The position numbers and the translations under genes are program-made. A stretch of 64,000 nucleotides of DNA, from positions 9,176,001 through 9,240,000 of the forward strand of contig CM035350.1 of assembly GCA_020137815.1 (NCBI GenBank), in the 5' to 3' direction. Below, in pieces: positions 1-12,383 of this stretch. Position 1 is the first letter of the stretch. Each line of letters starts with the position of its first letter. Source of the DNA: Hormiphora californensis (taxonomy: Eukaryota > Animalia > Ctenophora). The notes beneath the pieces are model-generated. The model was not told the DNA's origin, did no database searches, and saw nothing but the letters and a program-made list of their open reading frames with translations.

Positions 1-290
1 CAAGCACATTCAGGGACATTGATTATTATTTCGTGACACTGAATCGAATCATGAATATAAAGACACGAACCGCCTCCTTTACTTTGCCTATCTACTCTGA
101 ATAGCTTAAAATTAGCAATAGACACTTCAGCGTCTACAATCTCGTCACTGAACATAGTTTCCGTTACACCAAGAACCTTGCAGTCATTGAGTTTAGCCGT
201 GAGTTCTAACTCATGTATTTTATTTTTTAAGTCGTTGGCATTTGTGTAATATATCTTGAGATGACTGTCAATATTAGCAGTTGAGTGCAT
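1..290 (-). CDS. LINE ORF2 N-terminus (apurinic endonuclease domain), partial
   Basis: Manual translation from ATG at 290: MHSTANIDSHLKIYYTNANDLKNKIHEL...VLGVTETMFSDEIVDAEVSIANFKLFRVDRQSKGGGSCLYIH. This carries the YTN, xTET and R.DR...GGG motifs of LINE endonucleases. It is absent from the ORF track because it runs off the edge. Confidence 0.88.
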   Translation of the reverse strand, partial: MHSTANIDSHLKIYYTNANDLKNKIHELELTAKLNDCKVLGVTETMFSDEIVDAEVSIANFKLFRVDRQSKGGGSCLYIHDSIQCHEIIINVPECA

Positions 291-1366
291 TAAAGTCCTT
301 GCGTCACAACGATGGCGGAGTTTCCCGAATCTGGTGCGGTACCCCCATCTTCTCTTCTCCTGGCCCGATCCTTCCTCTTCGCCCTTGCCCGCCAGTTTGC
401 CTTCCTTTCCGCCCGAGTCAGGTCGGGGTTCACCCAGTAAATCACTCCATCAACAATTAGTCTATCTCCGTTACCATATTTGTGCTTAGACTTGGCCAGC
501 TCAGGAGTCTCCAAGATAACAATTAGGGGTCGTGGTCCCTCTTTATCCTTGTTTGAGCCTGTCCCGATCGGGGGACCAGCTCGGTAGCAAGTTAGTACCT
601 GGTTTCTCCGTATCTGCAGTAATTCACTGGTAAACACTGCATCAGCTTCCTCCCTATCCTTGGATTCAGGAAGAGAACTTTCAGGAATGTTGACAATTGT
701 CACGTTCCGGACTCTCCTCTCTTTTTCAAACTGATCGTCCTCTTGTCGGGCTGTAGTCTTAGCGACAATTTCGTTCTGGCTCTCCTGCAGGGCAGAAGAT
801 AGACTTTCGTCGAAACACTTCTTTGTTTCCTTTTTGATGATGTTCTGGGAGTTATTAACAACCTCAGCAAATGTCTTCTTCATTTTATCGGTGTTCACGA
901 TCTTGTTCACAGCTTCAGTCATTACCTCCTTCAGGTTGTCCTTTACTGCATCCTTGATCTCCTTCTTCATGGTAACATCAACTTGAGAATGGGCTGGATC
1001 AGGGAGGTCCCGCTTGAATTCGGTCAGCATTTCCTGGACCTTATCAGTTACCTTGCTGTAGTCTGTTAACTTCTCATTCACCTTCCAAAGATCTGCATTC
1101 TTCGCTGTCAAGACACTTACCTCTCCATTCAAGTCTGTATTTTCTTTCTGCAGTTTAGCAATGCCCTCACTCCCCTGCAAAACACGGTGGATTGCTGGTA
1201 GATCCCTGTCGAGCACCCCTGTCACCCATTCCATGAGCTTCTTGTACTCCTTGATGGTATCCTCTTTACTTTTTCCGGATGACTGGATCACCTTGTCGAT
1301 CTGCGCTTTAATTTTGGTCAAACTCGTGTATCCCGTATTTGCAGCATTAAGCAGAGTACGGGACAT
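290..1366 (-). CDS. LINE ORF1 protein
   Basis: ORF track 290..1372; first ATG at 1366. Coiled-coil, RRM-like and basic C-terminal regions; the stop overlaps the ORF2 ATG. Confidence 0.8.
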   Translation of the reverse strand: MSRTLLNAANTGYTSLTKIKAQIDKVIQSSGKSKEDTIKEYKKLMEWVTGVLDRDLPAIHRVLQGSEGIAKLQKENTDLNGEVSVLTAKNADLWKVNEKLTDYSKVTDKVQEMLTEFKRDLPDPAHSQVDVTMKKEIKDAVKDNLKEVMTEAVNKIVNTDKMKKTFAEVVNNSQNIIKKETKKCFDESLSSALQESQNEIVAKTTARQEDDQFEKERRVRNVTIVNIPESSLPESKDREEADAVFTSELLQIRRNQVLTCYRAGPPIGTGSNKDKEGPRPLIVILETPELAKSKHKYGNGDRLIVDGVIYWVNPDLTRAERKANWRARAKRKDRARRREDGGTAPDSGNSAIVVTQGL

Positions 1367-1904
1367 ACCCAAGGTATAAGGTTACAGCAACTGTTAAAAG
1401 AACTGGACAAGCACAAGAGAAAATGTTTTGAGAAAACTCTCTCTAAACTCGCTCTAAAACTCTATACCGGTGTCCTATCTGCAGGATGTCAGTAACATCA
1501 TCGGCCAGGGTGTAATGAACTGAGTAGTGAGCTGAGTATGCTGTTTATATTCTGTGTGCTAGAGAGATATTTGGTAATTTGATAGTTGAGGGTTTATTAA
1601 TTTCGACGTGCTTATCCATCATATATTATTGTGTTTCACTGCTGAATCGATAATGCCGGAGAATGGAGAGAGATGTATATAACAGGGTGGTGTTTCACAA
1701 CACATCATGTATTATGATAAACAATTGTCCACATGGAGCTGTTGTGAGGGAGTGGGCGTCTTTCCGAAACTTTTCTTTGTTTTGTACTGCTGTCTTTGTT
1801 TAAATTTGTGTTTTGTTTTCCATTATACATATAGTCTTATTTAACCTCTCGTGTATTTGGCAATTATCTCGGATCTCCCCTCCCTCATAAAGGATTGCTT
1901 CTAG

Positions 1905-3978
1905 ATGACGGGCCCGAACAGCCTCTCGATAAATGATGGTAAAGCAGGCATGGAAGGGTTGGACAAGGAGAAAGTGAACGAGATAATCAGAGAGGCCAGC
2001 AAAGGATCTAAATTCTCCCTACACGTTGTAAAGAAGGAGAAGGAACTACAAGAAAAGGTCAACAGAATGCTTGAGGAAAGGGCAGCACTGACAAGGGCCC
2101 AAACAACAGCTGGCCAGGCTGCAATGGACATTATTATAGCCCAGTTGGAGAGTACACGTGACATGTCACGTGATATTGTACATGTTGATATGGATGCTTT
2201 CTATGCAGCAGTAGAGATGAGAGATAACCCAGATCTGAGGGAGGTCCCAATGGCGGTCGGTGGTAACTCCATGTTATCAACATCAAATTATCTGGCTAGG
2301 AAACATGGTGTCCGCTCTGCGATGCCTGGGTTTATCGCCCGGAAATTGTGTCCTAATCTGGTTATTGTGCCATGTAACTTCGAGAAGTACCGAGCTGCTA
2401 GTCAACTTGTAATGGGTGTTGTTGGGGAATATACAGATTTCTCCAGTGCGGCCAGTTTAGACGAGGTAAACACTGTTTGAGTGTTAGTTACTGTTTAGTA
2501 AATAGTAGCTCCTTCAATGAAGTGGAAATTAAAGCGTGATGGTTTATTTTATTTTGAACAACTTTGCCGGAAGGAGCTATTATTTCTACATTATGTTGCA
2601 GCTCATAAACAGTTATCCGGTATATATTTCTCTCTTTAGTAAAAGTAACGATCTCACTGGTTCTCTCCTTAGTAAAAGTAACGATCTCACTGTTCAGGTG
2701 TACCTTGATATAACAGCTGAAGTCAGGAAGAGAATGAAGAAAGAAGGAGGTGAGAGGGCAGCTGTGGCATGGACTGTCGTTGAGGAGATGAGAGAGAAGA
2801 TAAGAGAGAAAACAGAACTAACTGCAAGCGCTGGTATAGCATGTAACACGTTTATAGCAAAGGTATGCTCCGACCTCAACAAGCCCAATGGGCAGTACCA
2901 GGTCCGTCCAGACCGGCAGACAATTATTGAGTTTGTGTCAGGATTGGAGATCAGGAAGGTTCCCGGGATAGGTCGTGTTCAGCAGGCGATGTTAGATGGT
3001 CTGGGGGTGAAAGTTGTGGCGGATATTCTCTCAGAGAGAGGGACCATCGGGAATATCTTCTCCCCTCTCTCAGCAGAGTTTTACATGTCCAGAGCACTGG
3101 GCCTGGGCTCAACCGACCTGTCAGGGGCTGCCCAGGAGGTTAGGTCTAGTATGAGCACCGAGTCTACCTTCTCTTCAACCAAACTAGTCAACAAATCATC
3201 CCCCACAACTCTTACAAAAGCTGCTCTGACGATCTTATCAGACCTATCTGAGACTCTTGCGGAGAGACTTGCGGCGGAGAAACTAGCTGGTGTTACTCTG
3301 AGCGTTAAGGTAAAGTTAAGCACCTTTGAGATAATACAACGTAGCAAGACAGTCAGTTACGCAGTATCAAAACGTGATGAAATAGAGCGGTTAGCCCGGG
3401 GATTACTTGAGGTGCTAGCCCGGGAGAGGAAGGGTGAGATGGAGGCGAGGTTGATGGGTGTCAGGGTACACAACTTTATCTCCTCGGGTACGCCCCAACA
3501 GCACACCCTCCACAGCTACACAACGTCCCAAGAGGAGGAGGAGGAGGGGGAACAAGTGAAGTGGGAGTGTCCGGTGTGTCTGGTCTCCCTTCCCCCTCAG
3601 CTAGCCTCCTTTAACAGGCATGTTGACAAGTGTATCTCTGGAGAAACTAACAGGGAACACGTGAAGAAGGAACAAGTGGAAAAGGGGGAACAAACGAACA
3701 AGGAACAGGTAAAGAAGGGGGAACAAACTAAAAAGGAACAGGTAAAGAAGGGGGAACAAACTAAGACGGAACAACAAAAGGGCAAGAAGAGGAAGTCAGA
3801 TGAGCACCATGAATGCCCTGTGTGCGGGAAACCTGTTACTTCAGATCTAACCCTTCTTAATATCCACATTGACCGGTGTCTTGGTGTTACTAATGGTGGT
3901 CAGCCTTCTCCAAAGATTCAAAAACTATCCAGCAAAAAACAGCCTTCGTCTCTCATGTCTTATTTTAAAAAGCAATGA
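1905..3978 (+). CDS. POLK: DNA polymerase kappa (Y-family/DinB)
   Basis: Exons 1905-2465 and 2698-3978 (GT..AG), joining SLDE|VYLDIT. Motifs: N-clasp [42 protein letters not shown], two UBZ4 fingers (CPVC..H..C) and a C-terminal PIP-like QPSSLMSYF. Confidence 0.96.
3655..3780 (+). repeat. In-frame 33-bp coding repeat ([11 protein letters not shown]-like, about 3.5 copies) between the POLK zinc fingers
   Basis: Repeated gaacaggtaaagaagggggaacaaac. Confidence 0.8.
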
Positions 3979-4209
3979 TTGGTATTTTAGTAAAGTGAAT
4001 TATTTTGTACAAATTTTGTAATTTACACACTTTTAACATGAAACATAATTTTCTCGCCCCTCCCCTGTCTTCTCCTGACCTTTGTCAGCCCTTACCCTTC
4101 CCCATATAAAATCAATCTCCTCGCCCCATTAGCTTCTCTCCTAACTCGCCCCAATATTAGTCCCTCTCCTAACTCGCCCCAATATTAGTCCCAATATTAG
4201 CCCCACATT

Positions 4210-4704
4210 ATGACGTCACTGATTGATGATGATGTCATGGTGGACTTCTCGGACAGTGATGGGGACGAGGAGGAGGACTCAAGAAAACTTGCAGAGTGTT
4301 GCCAAGAAACCTCTCTCATGATTGAAACGGTTAAAAAAGAAGCCGCTGAGATACAGTCGCAACCCATTGAGAAGGAGAAGGGGAGGCATTGGGAGTTGAA
4401 AGTATCTCCAGAGGTCAGGAGTCACCTGGCACGGAAACTAACTACTTACCTAGATGAGCGAATAGAGGTGGTGGACAACACAGATGATAATACCGTGCTG
4501 AATAATTTGGGCCGGAGAAAGAGGGTGAGAGTGACGTCTCAGTCTAATGTTAGGTTAAAAGATGTGGATGTTGTGTCTCATGAGGGAAGTCAGGGTATAC
4601 CTGCTATTCCCCTTCATTCAGTTTGTAGGGACAGGTTGATTGCCGCTACTGATCCTCAGCATGATATAACAGCCCTGTTACAGAATATGCTTCAACCGGG
4701 ATAA
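4210..4704 (+). CDS. CUSTOS: CUSTOS (C12orf43)-like protein, single exon
   Basis: 164-aa ORF with acidic N-terminus (SDSDGDEEEDSRKLAECC) and ELKVSPEVRSHLARKLTTYLDERIE, which resembles the conserved CUSTOS block ELxxTPEFxxHVAKKLxxxLD. Confidence 0.6.
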   Translation: MTSLIDDDVMVDFSDSDGDEEEDSRKLAECCQETSLMIETVKKEAAEIQSQPIEKEKGRHWELKVSPEVRSHLARKLTTYLDERIEVVDNTDDNTVLNNLGRRKRVRVTSQSNVRLKDVDVVSHEGSQGIPAIPLHSVCRDRLIAATDPQHDITALLQNMLQPG

Positions 4705-5007
4705 AGGATTAATTGTTTTTATGTGCTGTTCTTTTTATGTAACTTATTATGCTTTTACGCACGGAGTGTCTTCGATTTTCCTCGCCCGGTATGCGTTTCT
4801 ATTGTATTTATTACCTCTTTCCCCCACATGGTAAATTATCCATTATTTGCCATGAATATTTCTCAACGTAAGGTCCCTTTCATCTCTTTGAGTACATCCT
4901 CATGGATTTCCTAACCCCCCTTTTATTTCATCCCCCGTTCATCCCCTGTGTAGCCTCATGGAGTTAGTGGAAAAGTGTGGTGGAGTAAAGTCGTTAAATC
5001 CTGGACG

Positions 5008-6753
5008 ATGAAGGGCTCTGTTAAAGTATTTCTCTATGTCGTGGCCATCACTCTGGCCCTGCTCTACGTCACTAAAGTTAATGACACTGACGTCACAAGT
5101 GATGATGGCGGGGAGCAACAAACACCTAAAATAGTACTTAGTAAGTTAATTGTATATAATACCTTTGAAGACCTTTTAATTATGCACATAGTATTTGGTT
5201 CGTTTGTCCGTGTGTGTTGGGCGTTGGCTCCCGACTTGGAGCAATGTTTCAATATCTTAAACCTTTTTTTTCAGAGAAGAGGGACTGTAAGAAACATGAC
5301 ACGTTTGCGTTTATCAAGACCCACAAGACGGGCAGTAGCACAATGAGTAACATCTTGTTGAGATACACAGAAAACAACCATCTTAACCAGCTTCAGGGAG
5401 AGTAAGTTGTGGAATATATATCTCTTAGTTATGGAGGGGGGGGGCTGGAATAGATATCTCTTAGTTATGGGGGGGGGGGGGTTAAAAAAGGAATTGAAAA
5501 ATGAAAAGATATCTCAGTAAATTAGGGGGGGGGAGGAATAAATCCAACTTTCTAAAATCATGATATCTCTCACAGGTTTCGAACAGGAACAGAGTACCAC
5601 AACCTGCCGTCCCATAACTATCCACCTTCCCCCGACGGTGCTCCTTACCATGGCTTCGTAATGCACGCTGACTACGATTACCAGTTTCTCCGCAACAAAT
5701 TAGACCCAACGGCCAAGTTTTTCACCATTATTAGACACCCCGTATCTCGGTACATATCCGCGTTCAACTTCTTCGGGGTGTCCAAGAGATACGATAGAAA
5801 AGATTTCGACCACGCCATCCAACTTCACCTTGAGGAGAACGCGGGGTATATGAAGAACACGACGAAGTGTACACACTGTAATTTTCTCTTTGATAACATT
5901 GCCGGTGATCTAGGATTCAACTTCTTAAACTACTACCAGTCCCAGGATAAGAATGAGTTCATAGATTCCTGGCTGAGGGAAAAAGATACTGAACTTGATT
6001 TTGTGCTGCTAACCGAACAATTTGATTTGTCGTTGGTCCTCCTAGCTCGGAAAATGTGTTGGAAGGTGCATGATGTGGCGTATTTGAAGAGTCTTGAGAG
6101 TATTGCTAAGCCCCATGTATCTGAGGAAACTAAGGAGAAGGTGCTAGACATACAGCGAATAGATGCAAAGATATACGAATATTATAATCGGATATTTTGG
6201 GAGCATGTCGACAAGGAGGAAGGGATAATGGAGGAAGTAGAGGAATTGCAGAGGATTAATAAGGAAATGGCAGAAAAGTGTATTGCGGGAAGGACGGTAC
6301 GTAAAATAAACTTTTTTAACCTATCTGATTTAATTTTGTCCTCTGATACGCTTATTTCCACCTAGTTTCTATTTACTACTGAAGTCAAACCTCGATTTAC
6401 CAGACAAATATAATATCCCCGATTCAGAATAAGTATTTATGGTATTTTACCGTATAAAACTCTTCGCCAGAGGAATCCAGTAAATCGGGATTTGACTGTA
6501 ATCTGATAATATTATAATCAACCTCTGCAAATTTCAGAAAGTCGATAGGCTCGGTGCCTACGAGTTGGTTCTCTCCCCGTTTGGCAAGGCCAACTTCACC
6601 TGCAAAGCGATGGCTATGAGGGTGCTAAAGTTTGGACACCTCATCCAATTGAGAGATCAGGGTCTGCGAGAGGCTGAAGATCTCGCTAAGATCGAGGGAG
6701 AATACCTGAGACTTCAAGACTTATATGATTTGAGATATGGGAAGGGTAGTTAG
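5008..6753 (+). CDS. Galactose-3-O-sulfotransferase family, type II membrane protein
   Basis: Exons approx. 5008-5140, 5275-5401, 5577-6296, 6538-6753. N-terminal TM (VFLYVVAITLALLYV), 5'-PSB FIKTHKTGSST, 3'-PB TIIRHPVSRYISAF, and LTEQFDLSLVLL..MCW. Confidence 0.9.
6382..6498. mobile_element. Short MITE (xAGTCxxACCxCGATTTACC TIR family), intronic
   Basis: aagtcaaacctcgatttacc ... gtaaatcgggatttgactg followed by TA. Related ends occur at 29796-29858 and ~50100-50162. Confidence 0.55.
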
Positions 6754-7614
6754 TATCAGTTTTGTGTGTAATAATAAGCGTGTACAGAGCTGGGGGCTTA
6801 TAAATAAGGAATTTTTCTTTTTCATTTTATTTTATTTTATTTTGATCAGTAAGGGAGGCGAAGAGTGGGATAAACGTCTTTGTATCTGTTAGGGATGTAA
6901 TTTAGAAAGTTATTCCACTTCACTGGTTATGAAATTCGTCTAGTATTTGGTACAACAGAAACATTTTCTGTCTGTCTCTCTCTCTCTCTCTCTCTGTCCC
7001 GTTGTAGTCTTCGTTATTGGTTACTTTTAACCCGTAATTATAATATAGGCTCATGAGGGATTTTATCCTCCCACTAGACTGTCTCTTTCAGTCTCCCCCA
7101 CTTTTCTTTCCCTCTGATTATATATCCGGGCTTGATTTCCGGAGTATTACATCTCGCATTATATGCTGGAATAGCTTTCCTGAAAACACCTTTTATCCGG
7201 GCTATCTGGGTTATCCAGGATTATTCATACCCCCTATTATTAGGCCCTTACAATATCTTGCCTTGTTCGACCCTCCTTCCCCTTTGAACAAAACCAACAA
7301 TGAACAATATCAGTGACATGATTGGGATCTGTTCAAATCCGCCCCTGCATCGGAATTGTAGGGCGCGGGGTCTGATAGGTGGACCATCTCGCGCAAGCAG
7401 AGACGCGCGCGCTGGATGTGACATCAGCTGTTTCAGTGTTTCAGAGCGGTGAAACTCTGAGTGGGCGTGGCCACTTCCATTAACTCAGGTTCCGACTTGA
7501 CAACCATTATGAAAACAAGGTTTTATGTGACTTTAGAATGTAGAAAGAGTAAAAATAGGTTTACACATATACACCAAAAAACAGGTCACTACAGATAAAA
7601 ACTGAGCAGCCATT

Positions 7615-8675
7615 TTAGGCCATTCCAATCCTGGCTTTCAGCTCCTCAACTAGCTTGATGTAGGCAGCTTCGGCATCCTCCTTGCTAACTCCTGAAACAT
7701 TTGAAAGTGTTAGATTCATCTAGAAACTAAATAGTTGGCTACATCTTATGTGAAACGAGCGACAGGAGGTTATAAGAATTACAAAGTTCCAGTTCGGAAT
7801 AAACGGTACTATCTGCCAGGATTGGGCATGTCGTCCCTGGGTGGTCTCCAGACGTGTGGTGGTCAAGTCCAACGGCCATATCGGAGCTCGATAAAACTCA
7901 GACCATCTGCCGATGGCGTTCTCGCGCGACATCTTCTACACTGATTGCATCGCGCGCTCCGTCAAATCCAACTGTTGAGCTCCTGTACTGGGACAGGGCC
8001 ATTCTCTAGGCCACCACTATCACACCCTACAAAATGATGTTGACTAAATTTCATTTGTATACACTCCTGGCTAAGTCTCACTTTCTGTACCTTTACGAGA
8101 ATTCCAGGCATCCCATTTGGCTTTACCAGCAAAATCGAGCATTCCCGGTCGGGCGGTATTACAGTCTCCCACTGTGACCTGTGGGTGAGACACACAGAGA
8201 GTTAGTAGACATAGCAGTAGACGGAGCAGGAAGTGATGGGTAGTCAAGGTGGGTGTGTGTGAGGTAGTGAGGGGCTATAAAATACTGATTCAGCCGTGTA
8301 TGCTATTGGAATTATGCAATCAATCCGCAGTGAATTAGTGTGAATAGTGGATCATAGTCAATACTGGTAATACATTGCATGTCGAGCCAATCTATTCTTC
8401 ACATATATCATCAAGTATTCACGAGCAAATCAACTACAAGCTGTACTTCTACGGAATGTAGATCCAACCTAGCGGTAGAAGGTAATGGGGTCCGCAAGGG
8501 GCAGTGGAGTGGTCAATGGTGATGTGAAATATGTTAGAGAAAGAGACACCAAAACACAAAAGGGGATTAATAATACCTGCTTGAAGTTAGAGTAGAGAGC
8601 AAGTTTCTCATCGTCAGTAGGAGATGCCTTCAGTCCCTTGACCTCTTCAGCAGCTTTGTTGAAGGCTTCAGACAT
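7615..8675 (-). CDS. DBI: Acyl-CoA-binding protein (ACBP/DBI)
   Basis: Exons 8675-8577, 8178-8091, 7691-7615: [33 protein letters not shown]|[29 protein letters not shown]|[25 protein letters not shown]. Confidence 0.96.
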
Positions 8676-9135
8676 TGTGGAGCTAGGAGAGGGAGAGGGG
8701 AGACTCGTTACACAAACAATGTGTGAAATGGGGAAGGGATCCAGAGTGATACAGAAAATGTGAACACAGCTCACTTCCGTGAAGAAGTGAGAGACGCCGT
8801 GTGTTATAAACACAGCATAGGGGGATGGGGGCAAGGAACTTCCTCTTGAAGGAAGTAGGGGTGGTACTAACATACCATTATCACAAACATACACCGAAGA
8901 AGGACCGAGACAAACACGTGTGTGCACGTGCCCTACATCTAGACACACCAAGAAGTAGAGTTGATCTGTTGTCGAGAAGAACAGAATAGAAGTGGAGTGT
9001 TTCTTGGTAGGCGAGAAAATAAAACTCTTATCTTGTGAAAATGAAGTAGAGAAATTTTTTTCAGTAGTTGCTTGCCATTTTGTTGTGCAGTATTATACCT
9101 GAGAGGGTCCTGTGTGTTTTAGCAATGTGTAGAGG

Positions 9136-9184
<49 letters not shown>

Positions 9185-9703
9185 TGTGTGTGTGTGAGGG
9201 AATACAGTGAGGGTAAGGAGACTGAGAGCAAAATGGAGAGAGAGATAATGGATAATAAGAGAAACTTAGAAGAAGAGGGCCGGGAGACTCTTGTGAAAAG
9301 AATAAAGACTGTGTACATAATGGTCCACAAATAGAGAGAGGGAGACGAAGAGAGAGAGAGAGTACGGAGAGAGTCCGGAGACACGTAGCACAACAATGCT
9401 CTTAGACCACACCGATCCAGTACACACACACACAACTACTTGGATCTGATAGTTTGTGGTTAACAAACGGAGGATATCGGAGAGACTTTTCTATATGTTT
9501 TTTAGAGAGAATGTGAGTTCTACAAACAAACAGACGTAAGGGTTGTCTCAATACAACTCGGTAATGTAATTTGCGTGAAGAAACCAGATAAACACGAAAA
9601 ATTGCTGTTGTTTTAAATAAGATCATTTGCATTGTGAAACATATTTACACTGTTCTGTACAATATTATAATAAAACACTTTCACTACAACAGACACTATA
9701 ACA

Positions 9704-11713
9704 CTAAGTAGCTGGTAATCGTATGTAAAAACCAGCCACGTCCCCAGAGTGGGATGCCGCCACAAAAACAGGTCTGTCCCTCACACCCCCACCTCCTGAT
9801 AACCAGGCCACGTCCCTGTTAACCCAGATCCCACAATTAGAGTTGTTGAACTGGGGTATTCTCAGTGTGTGGGTGTGTGAGCCCGTTACAGTGTCTATCA
9901 GGGCCACTCCATCATCATAGGTAACGGCAATAAAGAGAGAACCCAGACCAATCACATGCTCGGCACACACGTACCCTGGGCTGGTAACTACCCGTAATAA
10001 GGTGTAATCCTCTGCCTTCCATATGTAAACCCCTGAACTACTTCCCACGCCTATGACGTCACATGTACCATGGTTACCATGGTTACCGGTCAGGAAGGAG
10101 CCGTGTACTAGCCCCGGCTGGAAGTACCCCTCCTTTCCTCCAATAGTAATAGGTTTCATGGTATGGAGATGTTTCTTCTCCTCCAAACACCACACATTTA
10201 CACGTGCTATATCCAAACTGAACACCCTGGACCCGAGGGGTAGAACTCGGCTGATCATTGTTTCATGACCTCTGAACACATGCACTGCCTCCCCCGTCCC
10301 CACATCCCATACACGGAGGGTACAGTCTGATGACCCGGATATGATGGTGTTGTTGTGTTCGTGACACCGTACATCATACACTGGTCCCATGTGCCGGGAA
10401 CACGTGGCAATAACACGTGACAAGTCTGACGAGATGATGGAGATGCAACCATTGTAATGACCCACCACAACCAGCTCCTCTGTGCTGTCCATACAACTGG
10501 GACTCTGGCATGTTCGGGAGGGGAGAGGGTTCATGGTTCCTAGCTCCCAGCCACATACCTTCCTGTCGTCCCCTGCACTGTACATGTGGTGCGAGTTGGC
10601 CGTCACACAGAGAACACGACACTGGTGAGCGGGTGGCTGGACCGTTCTTATCTCGCTCCCGTTCTCGTCTTGAAGGGCTGATAAGAGGCTCAAATGTCGT
10701 GCAACTGCTGCCCGGTAATAAGATACAGTCTGGGGAGGGCGATAAGAGAGGTGTAGTCGAGCTGACAGACAGACTGCTCTCCATAGCTCTACATCAGAGG
10801 TGAGACGGTGCCATTCGCACGATACCTGAAGTGAGGTAATCACTGTCAAATGTGCTGAATTGTATAATTATATCAGCACTGCTATGTTTACATATAATAA
10901 TGCCACATTGTATAACTAACCAGGGAAGCCTCAACTAGAGAGGCAGGATCAAGATATTGAAGAATTGACAGAGATATCTCCTCCGGAAGCTCCGATACGA
11001 AATCCACGATGGCAATCCTTTCTAATTGTCGAACTAGAAACAGCCTATTTGACGCTGGAAGCCGCCCTAGTAACTCCTGCGTGTGAGAGATAGTTTATTC
11101 AAACAGCTCAGTATAATATACCGCAACACTGTGAAAGCAATGTGAGAGCGTTATTTAAAACGTACCAAACAGTGTTGACAACATATAATATAGACTGAAT
11201 ACCTGCTTCATGCGTGAAACTAACGGTGGAATGCTAAATCGCATTTGTATGTGTGTGCATGTATCGGGCAGCAACTGAAGAAACTGGGAGACACTTGTGT
11301 AGAGAGGTACAACTGTAGGGTGTTTCTATTTCTGTTGCTTAATCCTAATACTATTAGACGCTACAGTGGCAACATGTGCCCGTGTGTTATAGCCACTAAA
11401 ATATATCCATTAAACCCATGTGCGTGAATATTATTAAACTCTAAACATGTGGGTATGTGTGTAAACGGACACAACTTACACATATTAAGGCAGATCTCTG
11501 GCCATCAGAAAGGCCTCTGCTCACAGTATCCAGTACACCCCTCTTCCACGTGAGAAACACATCGGATGGTAATCCATCCTCAGTTGCATTTCCTGTTTCA
11601 ACTACAGACCGGCAGACTGGGACGGGATCTGTGGTGGTGGGACTGTCGTCCTGTTCTTCTGGTGATACACTCCTGACAAAGTCCTTATTAGGGGACTTGT
11701 ACACAGAGTTCAT
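9704..11713 (-). CDS. F-box/WD40-repeat protein (FBXW2/FBXW7-like)
   Basis: Exons 11713-11480, 11076-10921, 10825-9704. F-box DFVSELPEEISLSILQYLDPASLVEASL|VSCEWHRL..D.ELW followed by WD repeats (HMGPV...ISGSSDCTLRVWD). Confidence 0.9.
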
Positions 11714-11779
11714 GTTTGCTGATCATGGCACAGTGGGTACCCCGCGTGAGCCTTCTCACGTGTCATTCGGCATCTAGTT

Positions 11780-12355
11780 TGGGGAAATTAGATTTAAAGT
11801 TTGCCCGTTGCCGGCTGCCGCTACTCACTAACAACATGTTTTTAGTTTAAACTAGAATTTTTACGCTATTTACAAAATATGTTAAATACTTCAGTGAGGT
11901 AACTTGATAGCAATATGACCAACTATTTTTTGAGAGACAGGAGTGTGCCGACTGCCTTTTTTGGCGCGAAAAACGGCTTTTTGACAGAAAAAAAAAACCT
12001 TTAAAAAAGCTTCTCAAAAAGTGTGATTTTTTTCATATTCCAAGGTTGCTTCGGCAGCGCAATGCCATAAAATTATCGCGCGTTACAACGTATTTTGGAA
12101 TTACGACGCCGCGCGGCGGCGATATAGATATGGATTTAAAAATAAAAGGAATTTCAAATTTAAAAAATGACTTTCTGTTCAAATTTTTAAATTTTCGAAG
12201 GAATAAGGATCTTCGTCGTGTTTTTGGCATCTAGTTTTTGTTATCTTTCTCGACCTCACCAGTCTATAAATCATAATTGGCGAAAACAAACCTATTTTAG
12301 CAACTTTTTCAGTCCAATATCGATCATTTCATGAGACCTAACAACCTGAATTTCT
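11780..12355. promoter_or_regulatory. Probable bidirectional promoter between FBXW (-) and MEPCE (+), with an E2F-type site
   Basis: Divergent gene arrangement. TTTTGGCGCGAAAA at ~11959-11972 matches the E2F consensus; A/T tracts and CpG clusters (gacgccgcgcggcggcg) are unlike the flanking sequence. Confidence 0.6.
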
Positions 12356-12383
12356 TAGGAAAGGGAAATCCGAGGGCCTAGGG

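Larger units (their letters stand above)
1..1500 (-). mobile_element. 5' portion of a non-LTR retrotransposon (CR1/L2-like LINE): 5'UTR, ORF1 and start of ORF2; continues off the left edge
   Basis: Intronless ORF1 (coiled-coil, then RVRNVTIVNIPES...CYRAG...GPRPLIV...WVNPDLTRAER, typical of CR1/L2 ORF1). It is directly followed by an APE-endonuclease ORF. The 5' boundary is approximate. Confidence 0.85.

Noticed and set aside
2536-2697. N-terminal extension of the second POLK ORF
   Set aside because: Intron sequence that happens to be open; the SLDE|VYLD junction defines the true exon.
12033-12234. Short basic ORFs in the divergent gap, and a 12-bp repeat GGCATCTAGTTT at ~11769 and ~12226
   Set aside because: AT-rich promoter-like DNA without coding features; the repeat is too short to interpret.
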